Virus record (IMG/VR): IMGVR_UViG_3300009183_000095
Coordinates: 666-64,665 of that record
Length of the DNA: 64,000 nucleotides
Source of the DNA: a virus
Lineage: Duplodnaviria > Caudoviricetes
Direction: 5' to 3' (one strand)
Part shown: positions 1-8,559 of the stretch, piece after piece
Layout of the letters: each line of letters starts with the position of its first letter
Position numbering within the stretch: position 1 is the stretch's first letter
The notes under the pieces: generated by a model
The model's database searches: none
What the model was told of the DNA's origin: nothing
What the model saw: only the letters and a program-made list of their open reading frames with translations
Made by a program: the position numbers and the translations under genes

Positions 1-2
1 TC

Positions 3-398
3 ATTCAGCAGCTACACCGCACCTACCCATCCTACTCTGTGGACAGGCAATACCATATCAAGAAGCAATTTGGATGGAAGTATCTTACTGATGAACAGCG
101 TGAGGAGAATAGGAAGAAGATCTCCCGCTCCCTATCCGGCCTATTGAAGACCGATGAGCATAAGAGAAAGATATCTGAGTCTCGTAAAGGTAGGTCTAAC
201 TTCAAGGGTAAGAGACATCGTGATGATTCCAAGCGTCTCATTATGCATGGGAGGGGTGATCGAGATCCTATCCAGGGCCGTCGTTGGTGCTTTAATCCTT
301 TGACCGGCCAAGAGAAAAGGCAGTACGAACTGCCTTTGGGTTATAGATGGGGACGTAATCCTGAATGGAAAGATTACCTCAAGAGCGCCTCATTCTAG
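3..398 (+). CDS. NUMOD3-motif DNA-binding protein, homing-endonuclease-related (5' truncated by the window)
   Basis: Two NUMOD3-like segments (TDEQREENRKKISRSLSG; KTDEHKRKISESRKG...KGKRH). The frame is open from base 3, so the start lies outside the window. Confidence 0.6.
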   Translation: MQQLHRTYPSYSVDRQYHIKKQFGWKYLTDEQREENRKKISRSLSGLLKTDEHKRKISESRKGRSNFKGKRHRDDSKRLIMHGRGDRDPIQGRRWCFNPLTGQEKRQYELPLGYRWGRNPEWKDYLKSASF

Positions 399-753
399 CC
401 ACCTCCACCGCCTCATCATCTGAAAAGATAGGTACCAGGTTGGACTTATGCATCGTTGCAATACCCTTGACCATATTACCAGTATAGACTTTGGGGGCGG
501 CTTTGGCCGTCGAACCCAACCCAGTATCTAACGAAGGATGATGCTGTACCTCCCTGACGTATGGCTTGGATACGATAGGGGTTAGAATGGAGGATAGTTT
601 CCGGCCTGATAGATGATTGGTATTAGAGTAAGTAGACCTATACTTCTTTTCCAACTCGGCATTCTGTAATCGTAATGCTTCCTTGGAGCGGGCAAGCGCT
701 TTTTTGGCCTTCTTCGTGTTGCGCGAAGAGGTATTGGTATAGATCAAAGCCAT
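379..753 (-). CDS. conserved hypothetical protein of T4-like phages
   Basis: 124 aa, GGAGG SD; C-terminal motif YTGNMVKGIATMHKSNLVPIF...ARMRR recalled from T4-like phage hypotheticals. Confidence 0.7.
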   Translation of the reverse strand: MALIYTNTSSRNTKKAKKALARSKEALRLQNAELEKKYRSTYSNTNHLSGRKLSSILTPIVSKPYVREVQHHPSLDTGLGSTAKAAPKVYTGNMVKGIATMHKSNLVPIFSDDEAVEVARMRRS

Positions 754-792
754 TCACTTCCTCCATTCTAAAGATCATTATAACCTTATTCT

Positions 793-1014
793 TTATTCAG
801 AGCCAACCATCAATATGACGGTCTGTGATTGCTCATCGGCTATCGTTCGAACGGGCTTCTGATGATTCCTCATCATCAACTCTTTATAATTCATGTCAAT
901 ACCTCTGGTCACTAACTCCCAATCACTAGGGAGGGGTTGGTCGGGATAGGCCATCTTGAACCCCGCCCTTACCGCTATCAACAACGGTTGTGTAATTTCT
1001 AATGTAATTTGCAT
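793..1014 (-). CDS. hypothetical protein
   Basis: Start moved to ATG at 1014 (AAGGA SD); the longer 1062 start overlaps the upstream gene. Confidence 0.55.
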   Translation of the reverse strand: MQITLEITQPLLIAVRAGFKMAYPDQPLPSDWELVTRGIDMNYKELMMRNHQKPVRTIADEQSQTVILMVGSE

Positions 1015-1025
1015 TGTGGTTTCCT

Positions 1026-1211
1026 TTATTGTTTGTCTTCCCATCTCCATCCGAAGATCCATTCAATCATCTTCCTGTGAAACCATTTAGGCTTCTTCGT
1101 CAATCCTATCTTCACATTGTCCGGCCATATGAGATATCCGGCAATAGGAGGGGGACCGTATATGGTCCACCCTTTAGGTTGATACACCTGGGTACTTCTG
1201 TTGTCTAACAT
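1026..1211 (-). CDS. hypothetical protein
   Basis: 61 aa ORF tightly packed after the ATPase stop. Confidence 0.55.
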   Translation of the reverse strand: MLDNRSTQVYQPKGWTIYGPPPIAGYLIWPDNVKIGLTKKPKWFHRKMIEWIFGWRWEDKQ

Positions 1212-1212
1212 A

Positions 1213-2106
1213 TTAAGCCTGAGTCAACATGTACTTGGCCAATTGCTCCCAGTTAGAGTTAGAAGTACGAATCTTGATTGTCTGGATGAGAGTTCGGAGT
1301 GAGATCTCCTTGGTCAACTCTTTGTTAGAACGAATCAAGTTCAATGCATCCCGCTTGAACTGCATAGGCACATTGCCCATGAATTGCTCAGTAGACATGA
1401 TCGTCTCCATTCGCTCGAGCTTCTGATCCAAAGACATCGACAGATCAATACACATCGAACGAGTCTTCAATGCCTGATTCAAATTCTCAGGAGACAAATT
1501 AGAGATGAAGATCACCCCACCCTTGAACTGGAATGAACGGGGCAAGTTAGGATCCCGCATCTCTGCATTCCATGAAATGATACGCTTATCATACGAATCC
1601 AATGCACCCTTCAACAGGTTCAACGCATCTGCATCCTTCAGAATAGAATCACAATCATCAAACACAATCACACTGTTACGGTTTTCATAAAGCAAACGGA
1701 ACAGCGCCCTGGCAGTAGAGAAACCCTTGACAACACTGAAACACTTCTCAGTCATCACCACCGTTCCATCATCGGCTTCTGATAAGATCACCGACATATC
1801 TTTCAGCCCGTTCTTGAGCAAAGACTCATACACCGTATAAGACTTACCCAAGCCTCCCTCACCAGTAATGATGACCGAGGGAGTTTGACGCTTGGCAACC
1901 ATCGTAGTCACGCTATCGACAAACGTAAAACGCTCATTGATAGGAAACTCAATCGATTGCTCTTTCTGCTTCTGTGCAACTATGACCGAGTCTTCGGCAT
2001 GCGATTTGAGCTGGCGCTCAACATAGTACTTAGAACTAGATTTAACAACCAATTTGTTGTTAGCGTAACCATGATACTTACCGTTAATCAATTCAATCTT
2101 AGTCAT
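1213..2106 (-). CDS. P-loop AAA-type ATPase (early gene)
   Basis: Walker A GEGGLGKS, Walker B VIVFDDCD; directly downstream of sigma70 promoters. Confidence 0.8.
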   Translation of the reverse strand: MTKIELINGKYHGYANNKLVVKSSSKYYVERQLKSHAEDSVIVAQKQKEQSIEFPINERFTFVDSVTTMVAKRQTPSVIITGEGGLGKSYTVYESLLKNGLKDMSVILSEADDGTVVMTEKCFSVVKGFSTARALFRLLYENRNSVIVFDDCDSILKDADALNLLKGALDSYDKRIISWNAEMRDPNLPRSFQFKGGVIFISNLSPENLNQALKTRSMCIDLSMSLDQKLERMETIMSTEQFMGNVPMQFKRDALNLIRSNKELTKEISLRTLIQTIKIRTSNSNWEQLAKYMLTQA

Positions 2107-2133
2107 ATCAACCTTTCATCATTTAATGTATCA

Positions 2134-2162
2134 ATTATAGGGAAAGTGGGAAATTAAAGCAA
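2134..2162 (-). promoter_or_regulatory. sigma70-type early promoter
   Basis: TTGCTT-N17-TATAAT on the minus strand. Confidence 0.8.
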
Positions 2163-2209
2163 GCTTTTTCTCCCTTCCTTCTAACCCTCTCTCCCTAACC
2201 AATGAATGA

Positions 2210-2238
2210 ATTATACTGAATGTCGGTAATTAAAGCAA
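2210..2238 (-). promoter_or_regulatory. second, tandem sigma70-type early promoter
   Basis: TTGCTT-N17-TATAAT with the same TTGCTTTAATT 5' block. Confidence 0.8.
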
Positions 2239-2257
2239 CTGATAAAAACCTCAATGA

Positions 2258-2270
2258 AATCAATGAGTTA
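2258..2270 (+). promoter_or_regulatory. putative IHF binding site
   Basis: AATCAATGAGTTA matches WATCAANNNNTTR, about 20 bp upstream of the promoter -35. Confidence 0.45.
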
Positions 2271-2296
2271 CACCTGTATCTCTGTGGCTAATAGAC

Positions 2297-2332
2297 AAAA
2301 AAATAGAGGATGACCAAGTCTCTCCCCTATTT
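2297..2332 (-). terminator. intrinsic terminator of the membrane-protein operon
   Basis: AAATAGGGGA...TCCTCTATTT stem running into a T tract on the minus strand, just after the stop at 2353. Confidence 0.65.
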
Positions 2333-2352
2333 CTCCCTATCTAGACGCTATT

Positions 2353-2895
2353 CTATAGAGGCATCCATAGCCAAATAGCTTGTGACATGAGCAATGCGGC
2401 TAGAGCACCAACAACTAATGATGCATCGTAGAGCTTATTGTTGACTGCCAAGATAGATGCCGTTAACAACACCACCGCTATCTGAAAGAGTGAGCCGGCG
2501 TATGTGTACCAAGGTGAACGTGTCTTGGCTACCGCTCTCTCTGCCTCCAACTTTCGAGCCTTATCCATTAGTTCCTTCTTTCCCTCCCCTGACTGGGGAT
2601 CGGATTCATATCTGGCTATCTTCTTCTCTAATGACTCAATCTTTCTTTTGTCACCCGCTCGTACGGCATCATCCAATGCCATCTCTGCCAATGTTCCTTT
2701 GATAGACTTAGCCTGATAGAATGCCCAGGTGTTGTTAGCATCAATAGTGTTGTTCAATACTTTGGAGGAGTTGCTCCCTCCCATGTAAGTATTGATAGCT
2801 AGTAAGGCGGCAAGCACAGTAATGACCCAGCCGGCTTTGTCCTTGATTAGAGCCTCTCGCTCACTTCTTGATAATGGTTTCTTTTCTTCTGCCAT
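2353..2895 (-). CDS. DUF4337-like multi-pass membrane protein
   Basis: N-terminal TM, WAFYQAKSIK motif, coiled coil, two C-terminal TMs. Confidence 0.7.
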   Translation of the reverse strand: MAEEKKPLSRSEREALIKDKAGWVITVLAALLAINTYMGGSNSSKVLNNTIDANNTWAFYQAKSIKGTLAEMALDDAVRAGDKRKIESLEKKIARYESDPQSGEGKKELMDKARKLEAERAVAKTRSPWYTYAGSLFQIAVVLLTASILAVNNKLYDASLVVGALAALLMSQAIWLWMPL

Positions 2896-2915
2896 GTTGT
2901 ACCTCTTTAGTTAAA

Positions 2916-3446
2916 TCATTTAGCTAGAGGATTGTCTAGCGCTCGTTGAATCTTTCTATCCATCTCTCGCTCTAACGTCTTTGCATTAGCCTCTGATTCT
3001 TTTCTAACTTGCCTTACCTCATCCCGCACCTCTTTAACTGCTTGATCGGCCTCTCTGGCCGATTGCTTGGCGCTTCTTTCAACTGTCTCAGTCACTCCCT
3101 CCAAACGTCTGATATCATTCTTCAGATCGTTTTTAATGTCACGAGTGTAATCGCTGGTCTTTGAGCTGTTTTCTTCAATGACAGCCAGCTTTTTATACAC
3201 CTCTGTTAGATCGGGGGATATGTATTCAGCTATCTTCTTCTTCATGCCCATGTAGTCTTTGTATACCTCAAACGTACCATATAGACCTCCTAGAACAGAT
3301 GATGCAATAGTAAAGGCAACCATCAACTTAGCAGGGGTGAACTCATAGCCACCGATGCTAATGACTGTATCTTTACTAGCGTACTTCTTTGCTGCTGCTT
3401 CTAGTTCGTCGACTTTTGCGTCAACACTTTTAATTTCTTCTGCCAT
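2916..3446 (-). CDS. single-TM coiled-coil protein
   Basis: TM LMVAFTIASSVLGGLYG followed by a long heptad region ending ALDNPLAK. Confidence 0.7.
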   Translation of the reverse strand: MAEEIKSVDAKVDELEAAAKKYASKDTVISIGGYEFTPAKLMVAFTIASSVLGGLYGTFEVYKDYMGMKKKIAEYISPDLTEVYKKLAVIEENSSKTSDYTRDIKNDLKNDIRRLEGVTETVERSAKQSAREADQAVKEVRDEVRQVRKESEANAKTLEREMDRKIQRALDNPLAK

Positions 3447-3447
3447 T

Positions 3448-3792
3448 TTAGTGATCCTTCATTGATCCGATTTTGTTTTTAATAGCCATTCTATCTTCCA
3501 GAATAGCGATGTGTTGACGATTTTCAAAAATTGAGTCACGATTCTTTTGGATTTCTTTTTCTAAGTCTTGGCGTAGTTTTTCGCGGGCTAATTCAGCACC
3601 ACTATTGCTTGCCTGTTTATTGTCTGTTGTTACAACTAAACTCACTTTCTGATTTAGAATGGTTACATCATGTTGTAATGAACCTAATGCATTGATCAGA
3701 TAACCAACTGATCCTAGTAGCAATGGTAAAATTGCAAACAATAACTTCTCTATAAACGCACCTTTTTGATCCTGCTTGTTTTCTTCTGACAT
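3448..3792 (-). CDS. single-TM coiled-coil protein
   Basis: TM LLFAILPLLLGSVGYLI plus coiled coil; GAGG SD. Confidence 0.7.
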   Translation of the reverse strand: MSEENKQDQKGAFIEKLLFAILPLLLGSVGYLINALGSLQHDVTILNQKVSLVVTTDNKQASNSGAELAREKLRQDLEKEIQKNRDSIFENRQHIAILEDRMAIKNKIGSMKDH

Positions 3793-3814
3793 CTTGTTTC
3801 CTCTTTATTATTTG

Positions 3815-4525
3815 TTATCTCCAATATTTGGAGTAGTCTAAATTATTCCAATGGTTATCATTATTTCTATTCCAAAAGTTCTTAATCAGATACCAAGCCA
3901 TCCCAAAGTATCCCATCTTTTTAAATCTTCTACTGTCCTGACCAAAATAATGTTTAATTAATTTGAACTTCTTTACATCATACATTTTTGATAAGAAAAA
4001 GTCTTCACTAGTGCCAAACTTTTCTGAAAATCCGCCCAATCTATCAAACTCACTCTTTCTTGTCAACATGAAAGCTCCAACAGCAAAGGGTACTTTATAC
4101 TTCATGAGATTGTTTATGAGATTAAAGATCATGAACCCTATCTGTGCTCTCATATCTCTATCATAACATTTAATGTTTAATCCAATTAAGTCTAAGTTGT
4201 TTGATTCTATCTCATCAACCGCATCACGAATAACATTAACATCAAAAAAGCGAACATCAGCATCGATGAATAGAATGTATGGAGTAGTTACTAACTCAGC
4301 GCCTCTATTCTTTGCAAAGCTAACTGGGCCCCCATCAATGATTTCTACATTCAATTTACCCTTTGTGATCTTAATAACCTCACGAGTATTATCTGTTGAA
4401 CAGTCAGCAATAATAATTCTGGTACTACCTATCAATTGATTACGAAGATGGGTCAATAGATACGCAATATAATCTTCCTCATTCTTACAAGGAATAACAA
4501 TAGTTATTTTATCACTTAACAGCAT
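3815..4525 (-). CDS. glycosyltransferase family 2
   Basis: IVIPCKNEE, DCSTDNT, FIDAD (DXD), GGFSE...SED motifs. Confidence 0.9.
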   Translation of the reverse strand: MLLSDKITIVIPCKNEEDYIAYLLTHLRNQLIGSTRIIIADCSTDNTREVIKITKGKLNVEIIDGGPVSFAKNRGAELVTTPYILFIDADVRFFDVNVIRDAVDEIESNNLDLIGLNIKCYDRDMRAQIGFMIFNLINNLMKYKVPFAVGAFMLTRKSEFDRLGGFSEKFGTSEDFFLSKMYDVKKFKLIKHYFGQDSRRFKKMGYFGMAWYLIKNFWNRNNDNHWNNLDYSKYWR

Positions 4526-4643
4526 ATGTATTTTTATGCTTAAGTGACTTCTTTAAGGCTTTGAACCACATTCTCTTTTCTTCTTTTTCATCATTAATTA
4601 GAATTGCCTGATACATCTTCTTTATTATCTTTCGTGATTTCAT
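4512..4643 (-). CDS. small basic protein, 43 aa (not in the ORF track)
   Basis: MKSRKIIKKMYQAILINDEKEEKRMWFKALKKSLKHKNTYAVK; fills the gap between its neighbours and overlaps both. Confidence 0.5.
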   Translation of the reverse strand: MKSRKIIKKMYQAILINDEKEEKRMWFKALKKSLKHKNTYAVK

Positions 4644-5388
4644 TATCGTTCTCCCTAGTCCATGTTACTATCTTCCATGTACCATCCTGGTGCTCTACCA
4701 AGGCAGTACAACTCTCAACCCAATCACCATCGTTCATATAAACAACATCATCTATCATCTTAATTTCTGCATGATGAATGTGTCCGCAGATCACCCCATC
4801 ATACCCTCTCTTCTTACAATATGCAGCTAGATTCTTTTCAAACTGAAATATAAAATCTACTGCTTTTTTAACTTGATGTTTAAGAAACTGGCTAAGGCTA
4901 AAGTACCCAAAACCAAAACGGCGACGAATCCAATTATATTTATTGTTGAGAGTAATAATAATGTCATATGCTTTGTCTCCTAAAAAAGATATCCAAGGTG
5001 CCAGTCTAGTAATTCCATCAAACAAATCACCATGTGTAATTAAATAATGCTTCCCGTCTACTCCTATATGCTCAGCTTGATTCTTTATCTCAATAAGCCC
5101 AAATGAAAAGCCATAAGGTATCATTGGTCGTAAAAATTCATCGTGATTGCCTGCAACATATACTACTCTTGTCCCGCGCTTGGCATGTCCAAGTATTCTG
5201 CGTACAACATTAGTATGACTTTGTTTCCATCGCCATTTGTTCTGTTGTATCTTCCAAGCATCAATTATATCACCAACAAGATATAAAGTCTCACAGGTAT
5301 TATTCTTTAGAAAATTATTGAGAGCCTCTGCCTTACAATCTTTAGTACCTAGATGTACATCAGAGATGAATATAGTCTTGTAATGCAT
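4594..5388 (-). CDS. calcineurin-like metallophosphoesterase, PlcP/LpxH2 type (putative phospholipase C)
   Basis: SDVHLG, GDIID, GNHD, HGD, GHIH, NDGDWVES; GNHD rather than the GNRD of true LpxH. Confidence 0.8.
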   Translation of the reverse strand: MHYKTIFISDVHLGTKDCKAEALNNFLKNNTCETLYLVGDIIDAWKIQQNKWRWKQSHTNVVRRILGHAKRGTRVVYVAGNHDEFLRPMIPYGFSFGLIEIKNQAEHIGVDGKHYLITHGDLFDGITRLAPWISFLGDKAYDIIITLNNKYNWIRRRFGFGYFSLSQFLKHQVKKAVDFIFQFEKNLAAYCKKRGYDGVICGHIHHAEIKMIDDVVYMNDGDWVESCTALVEHQDGTWKIVTWTRENDNEITKDNKEDVSGNSN

Positions 5389-6158
5389 TATCTTCCTATG
5401 TATTTTTTAGGTAGTGCTTCTTCTCTTCTTTGTTTCTCATTTTTTGGAAATAAATCAAATCCTAACTGAGGATATTTTCTCATTCTATCTTCTGCAACCA
5501 CTATCATTAAAATAAAAATAAACAATAACGTTACTATGAACCCGCCAATCCACCAAGTCCATACATAAACCTTCTTCATAAATTTAGCGTGTTCAACCTC
5601 TTCACGGTGCTGTCTGTCTATTTGCTTCTTTAACGCAATTGCTTGTCTTGCATTTAGTATATTTGATGTTTCTTGTACTTCAGTCCATAGCGCACCCAAC
5701 TCCTTAGGGCTCTGATATATCATTAACTCGCGGAGATCAATCTCCATTTGCTCTAACTTCTTCTTCATTAGTACTCTTTGTAGAGCACGACTACCTAAGG
5801 AAGTATCACCAGTGTATACTTGATATGACCTTTTTTCTTCTGCCTCAAATATAGCTATGCACTTGGCTTGATTATCAAAGAAAGCTCCTAGTTGCTGTCC
5901 TATCTCAAAGTAAATGTCCCCGGGATCTTTTTTATTTAGATCTTTTACTCTAGCTTTCTCTTCATTAAATTGTTTAATTGCCTCAGGAGGAGGCTTCTTT
6001 CCTTTGGCAGAATAGGCATTATGAAATTGGTTGTCTAGATCTTTAAGAACGTCTTTGACGTCCCCTGCTGCACCCTTTATATCTTTATAAAGTTTACAAC
6101 CAGCTTTAATAGCTGAAACAGCACCATTAGCTAGGGCAAATAAGGTTATTGGATCCAT
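5388..6158 (-). CDS. hypothetical helical protein with C-terminal TM
   Basis: N-terminus MDPITLFALANGAVSAIK, coiled coil, TM VYVWTWWIGGFIVTLLFIFILMIVV; TAATG coupling at both ends. Confidence 0.75.
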   Translation of the reverse strand: MDPITLFALANGAVSAIKAGCKLYKDIKGAAGDVKDVLKDLDNQFHNAYSAKGKKPPPEAIKQFNEEKARVKDLNKKDPGDIYFEIGQQLGAFFDNQAKCIAIFEAEEKRSYQVYTGDTSLGSRALQRVLMKKKLEQMEIDLRELMIYQSPKELGALWTEVQETSNILNARQAIALKKQIDRQHREEVEHAKFMKKVYVWTWWIGGFIVTLLFIFILMIVVAEDRMRKYPQLGFDLFPKNEKQRREEALPKKYIGR

Positions 6159-7834
6159 TACTTGCCTTCATATTGCATCTCCACCATTTCACTGTGCAGT
6201 CTATCACCTGGACCAAATAGTCTTCTTCCTACTCGAGCATTATCTATCACGCGCTGGTTCTTGTATACCTCATATGGTTTATAACTTACTCCATCTGGAA
6301 CAAATACTTTACCATATGCATCAAACCCTGGAGTGAAAGCCATAGCCTGTAGAACTACATTTTGCACCGCGATTTGCTGATCCATAGAAGCAACCTTGCC
6401 CATCTCATTAGCAAGATTCTTTCCTTTTTCTACTGCGTCTTTCTTTGCTGCTTCTGCTCTTCTTTCAGCAATTTCTTGTCTAGCTGATTTTTGAGGCGCT
6501 CCCTTTTCTCCAGCTCCAGCATTAGGTTGAGAGTTCGCTTGTTGATTTTGGTTTTGTGCTGGTGGTCCATCTTTTCTTTCCGCTTGTTGTGGCTGGGGTT
6601 GAGGTCCCCCTGACGATGATGATTGTTGTGGCTGTACTAACTGAACTGGAGCAGCAGGAGCAGCAGAGGAGTTAGTAGTTGTAGTTGTAGGAGTAATAGT
6701 CTTATCAACATTACTATCTCCAGTCTTAGAAACAGAAGTAGATACTGTTCCATCGTTGCCAACCGATGCTGATACGGTAGGTGCAGTTTGTGCTATTACG
6801 CCAGCAGTAGCTACAGTAGAGGCTATGCCCTGCTTTTCAAATACCATCTTTCTAGCATATGCCTCACTATAATTAGGACAATCCCTTGCATACAATCCAT
6901 CTAAACTACATTGCTGGGCTTTGTAAGCTGAGGCATAGTTAGGACATCTAGAATTGTATAATCCATTTAATGAGCATTGTTGATTGAAGTATGCTGTCTC
7001 GTAGCCCAGGCATGTTGTACTGTATAGGGCGTTCTGGCTGCATTGCAGGGAAAGATATGCTGAGGCGTATCCCGGACAACTTGGATCCGATAATGTGTTT
7101 ATCGTACACTGCTGGGTAAAAAAAGCAGCCGCGTACCCCGGACACGTAGCACTAGATAATGGGTTAGATGAACATAACTGCGCCTGGTAAGCAGCAGCGT
7201 AACCAGAGCAGGATGGAGAATATAAAGGATTGGAGTTACATGGATCGGATGTATAGTTCATAGTAAGAGAAGGATTTCTTACTTGTGGACCATAATAGCC
7301 AGCCCAGAATCTATTATCCTTACCCGTAAACGATATAGACATTGCATCTGTTGCTAAAAGACTATACTCATTAGTAAAATTTTGTGTACCAGTCTTTAAC
7401 TCAAACCCATCAGTAGCTCCATTGTAATTGTATGTGTAGGACTCAAGTACACTCTTACCTCTAAGAAGATTTACAGTACCAGCCAATGTGCCTGATTGTT
7501 GACCTGAGTTATTAATTTGCCAAGAATAATTATATCCCTGTATTTTAATACCAGAACCAGAAAGGTCAAGAGCATGTTGAATAGCAAATGCTTCAGCTCC
7601 TATAACCTGTGAAGCTGTACCAGGGGTGTATCCAAATATCAATGTGTTTGTGTTTTCATTGAAAGCAGGACCGGAACCTCCTCCAGAGGTTCCTCCATTT
7701 TGACCAGCTACCGATCCTTTCCATGCTTGAACGGTAGGGTTTAATATGTTCTCTGAAGTTAGAGATTGAGAATGTGCTTTAGGTAACACACAAGCTAAAG
7801 CAACTATGACCAAAAACCAGCTAAGGAATTTCAT
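6158..7834 (-). CDS. secreted Cys-repeat protein
   Basis: Signal peptide (MKFLSWFLVIVALACVLPKAHS), beta-rich domain, six 22-aa Cys repeats, Q/P/S/T-rich linker. Confidence 0.8.
   Translation of the reverse strand: MKFLSWFLVIVALACVLPKAHSQSLTSENILNPTVQAWKGSVAGQNGGTSGGGSGPAFNENTNTLIFGYTPGTASQVIGAEAFAIQHALDLSGSGIKIQGYNYSWQINNSGQQSGTLAGTVNLLRGKSVLESYTYNYNGATDGFELKTGTQNFTNEYSLLATDAMSISFTGKDNRFWAGYYGPQVRNPSLTMNYTSDPCNSNPLYSPSCSGYAAAYQAQLCSSNPLSSATCPGYAAAFFTQQCTINTLSDPSCPGYASAYLSLQCSQNALYSTTCLGYETAYFNQQCSLNGLYNSRCPNYASAYKAQQCSLDGLYARDCPNYSEAYARKMVFEKQGIASTVATAGVIAQTAPTVSASVGNDGTVSTSVSKTGDSNVDKTITPTTTTTNSSAAPAAPVQLVQPQQSSSSGGPQPQPQQAERKDGPPAQNQNQQANSQPNAGAGEKGAPQKSARQEIAERRAEAAKKDAVEKGKNLANEMGKVASMDQQIAVQNVVLQAMAFTPGFDAYGKVFVPDGVSYKPYEVYKNQRVIDNARVGRRLFGPGDRLHSEMVEMQYEGK
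6845..7240 (-). repeat. six tandem 22-aa (66-bp) repeats, C-x9-C-x2-Y-x2-A-[YF]
   Basis: CNSNPLYSPSCSGYAAAYQAQL / CSSNPLSSATCPGYAAAFFTQQ / CTINTLSDPSCPGYASAYLSLQ / CSQNALYSTTCLGYETAYFNQQ / CSLNGLYNSRCPNYASAYKAQQ / CSLDGLYARDCPNYSEAYARK. Confidence 0.9.
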
Positions 7835-8313
7835 TAGTCTTTAGTGCTTTTAATTATCTGAGGTTTACGTAATGGATTTGCTTCCCATAGCTCCTTTGCC
7901 TCAGAACCTATCTTACCATCTATAGGGCAAGGTGTACCAGCATTCATCATAGCAGTAAATACTCTTTCGTCTTGACAAAGAGTGGATACTGCTGCTACTT
8001 TCATTCCCATATCGTATAGGTTCTTAGACAACTTTAATCGCTCGCAATTCATATCACGAGTAGTTGATCCAAAAGACAATCCTAGGATTTGAGTTTGAAC
8101 TGCTCCTGATGCGCCTACCGTGCATAGATCGTTATTAATGCTCGTTATGGAAGGAGCAACTGCGGTAGGAGGTGGAGACTTAACTGTAGTAACGCTATTA
8201 CTACTTGAATCTGTCGTGCTTCTCGAAGTCGAATCAGTGACAATAGGATCTGCTGCTATTGCCAATTGCGAAAACATACCAAAGATAGCCACAACGGCGA
8301 TCTTTTTGTACAT
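7834..8313 (-). CDS. secreted four-Cys protein
   Basis: Signal peptide ending AIA, S/T-rich linker, DLC...NCERLK...LCQD...GTPCP. Confidence 0.8.
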   Translation of the reverse strand: MYKKIAVVAIFGMFSQLAIAADPIVTDSTSRSTTDSSSNSVTTVKSPPPTAVAPSITSINNDLCTVGASGAVQTQILGLSFGSTTRDMNCERLKLSKNLYDMGMKVAAVSTLCQDERVFTAMMNAGTPCPIDGKIGSEAKELWEANPLRKPQIIKSTKD

Positions 8314-8326
8314 TTTTTATTTCCTT

Positions 8327-8557
8327 TTATCTATTAAGCCACATCATTACAAATTTATTTGCTTGTATCTCGTTATCAAAAAAGTGTAGCTTGGTTTGTT
8401 TATTTATTGCGTGGTGCATAATAACAAAAATGGAATCCAAATTTGTCATTGAAGCTTTAATATACCAATCGCCTATTCTGACAGGCTCAACAGACGTCAA
8501 CTCCAACCCATTAAAGTTAGATACTGACGTTACAAATTGTTGTTTTTCTTGGGACAT
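8327..8557 (-). CDS. hypothetical protein
   Basis: 76 aa with strong AGGAGG SD. Confidence 0.65.
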   Translation of the reverse strand: MSQEKQQFVTSVSNFNGLELTSVEPVRIGDWYIKASMTNLDSIFVIMHHAINKQTKLHFFDNEIQANKFVMMWLNR

Positions 8558-8559
8558 AA

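Noticed and set aside
2165-2200. G-quadruplex or telomere-like GGTTAGGG tract
   Set aside because: Only three GGG runs with irregular spacing; more simply a purine-rich promoter spacer.
4594-5388. True LpxH (lipid A biosynthesis)
   Set aside because: It has GNHD rather than GNRD and the GDWVES C-terminal motif, which fit the PlcP/LpxH2 group better.
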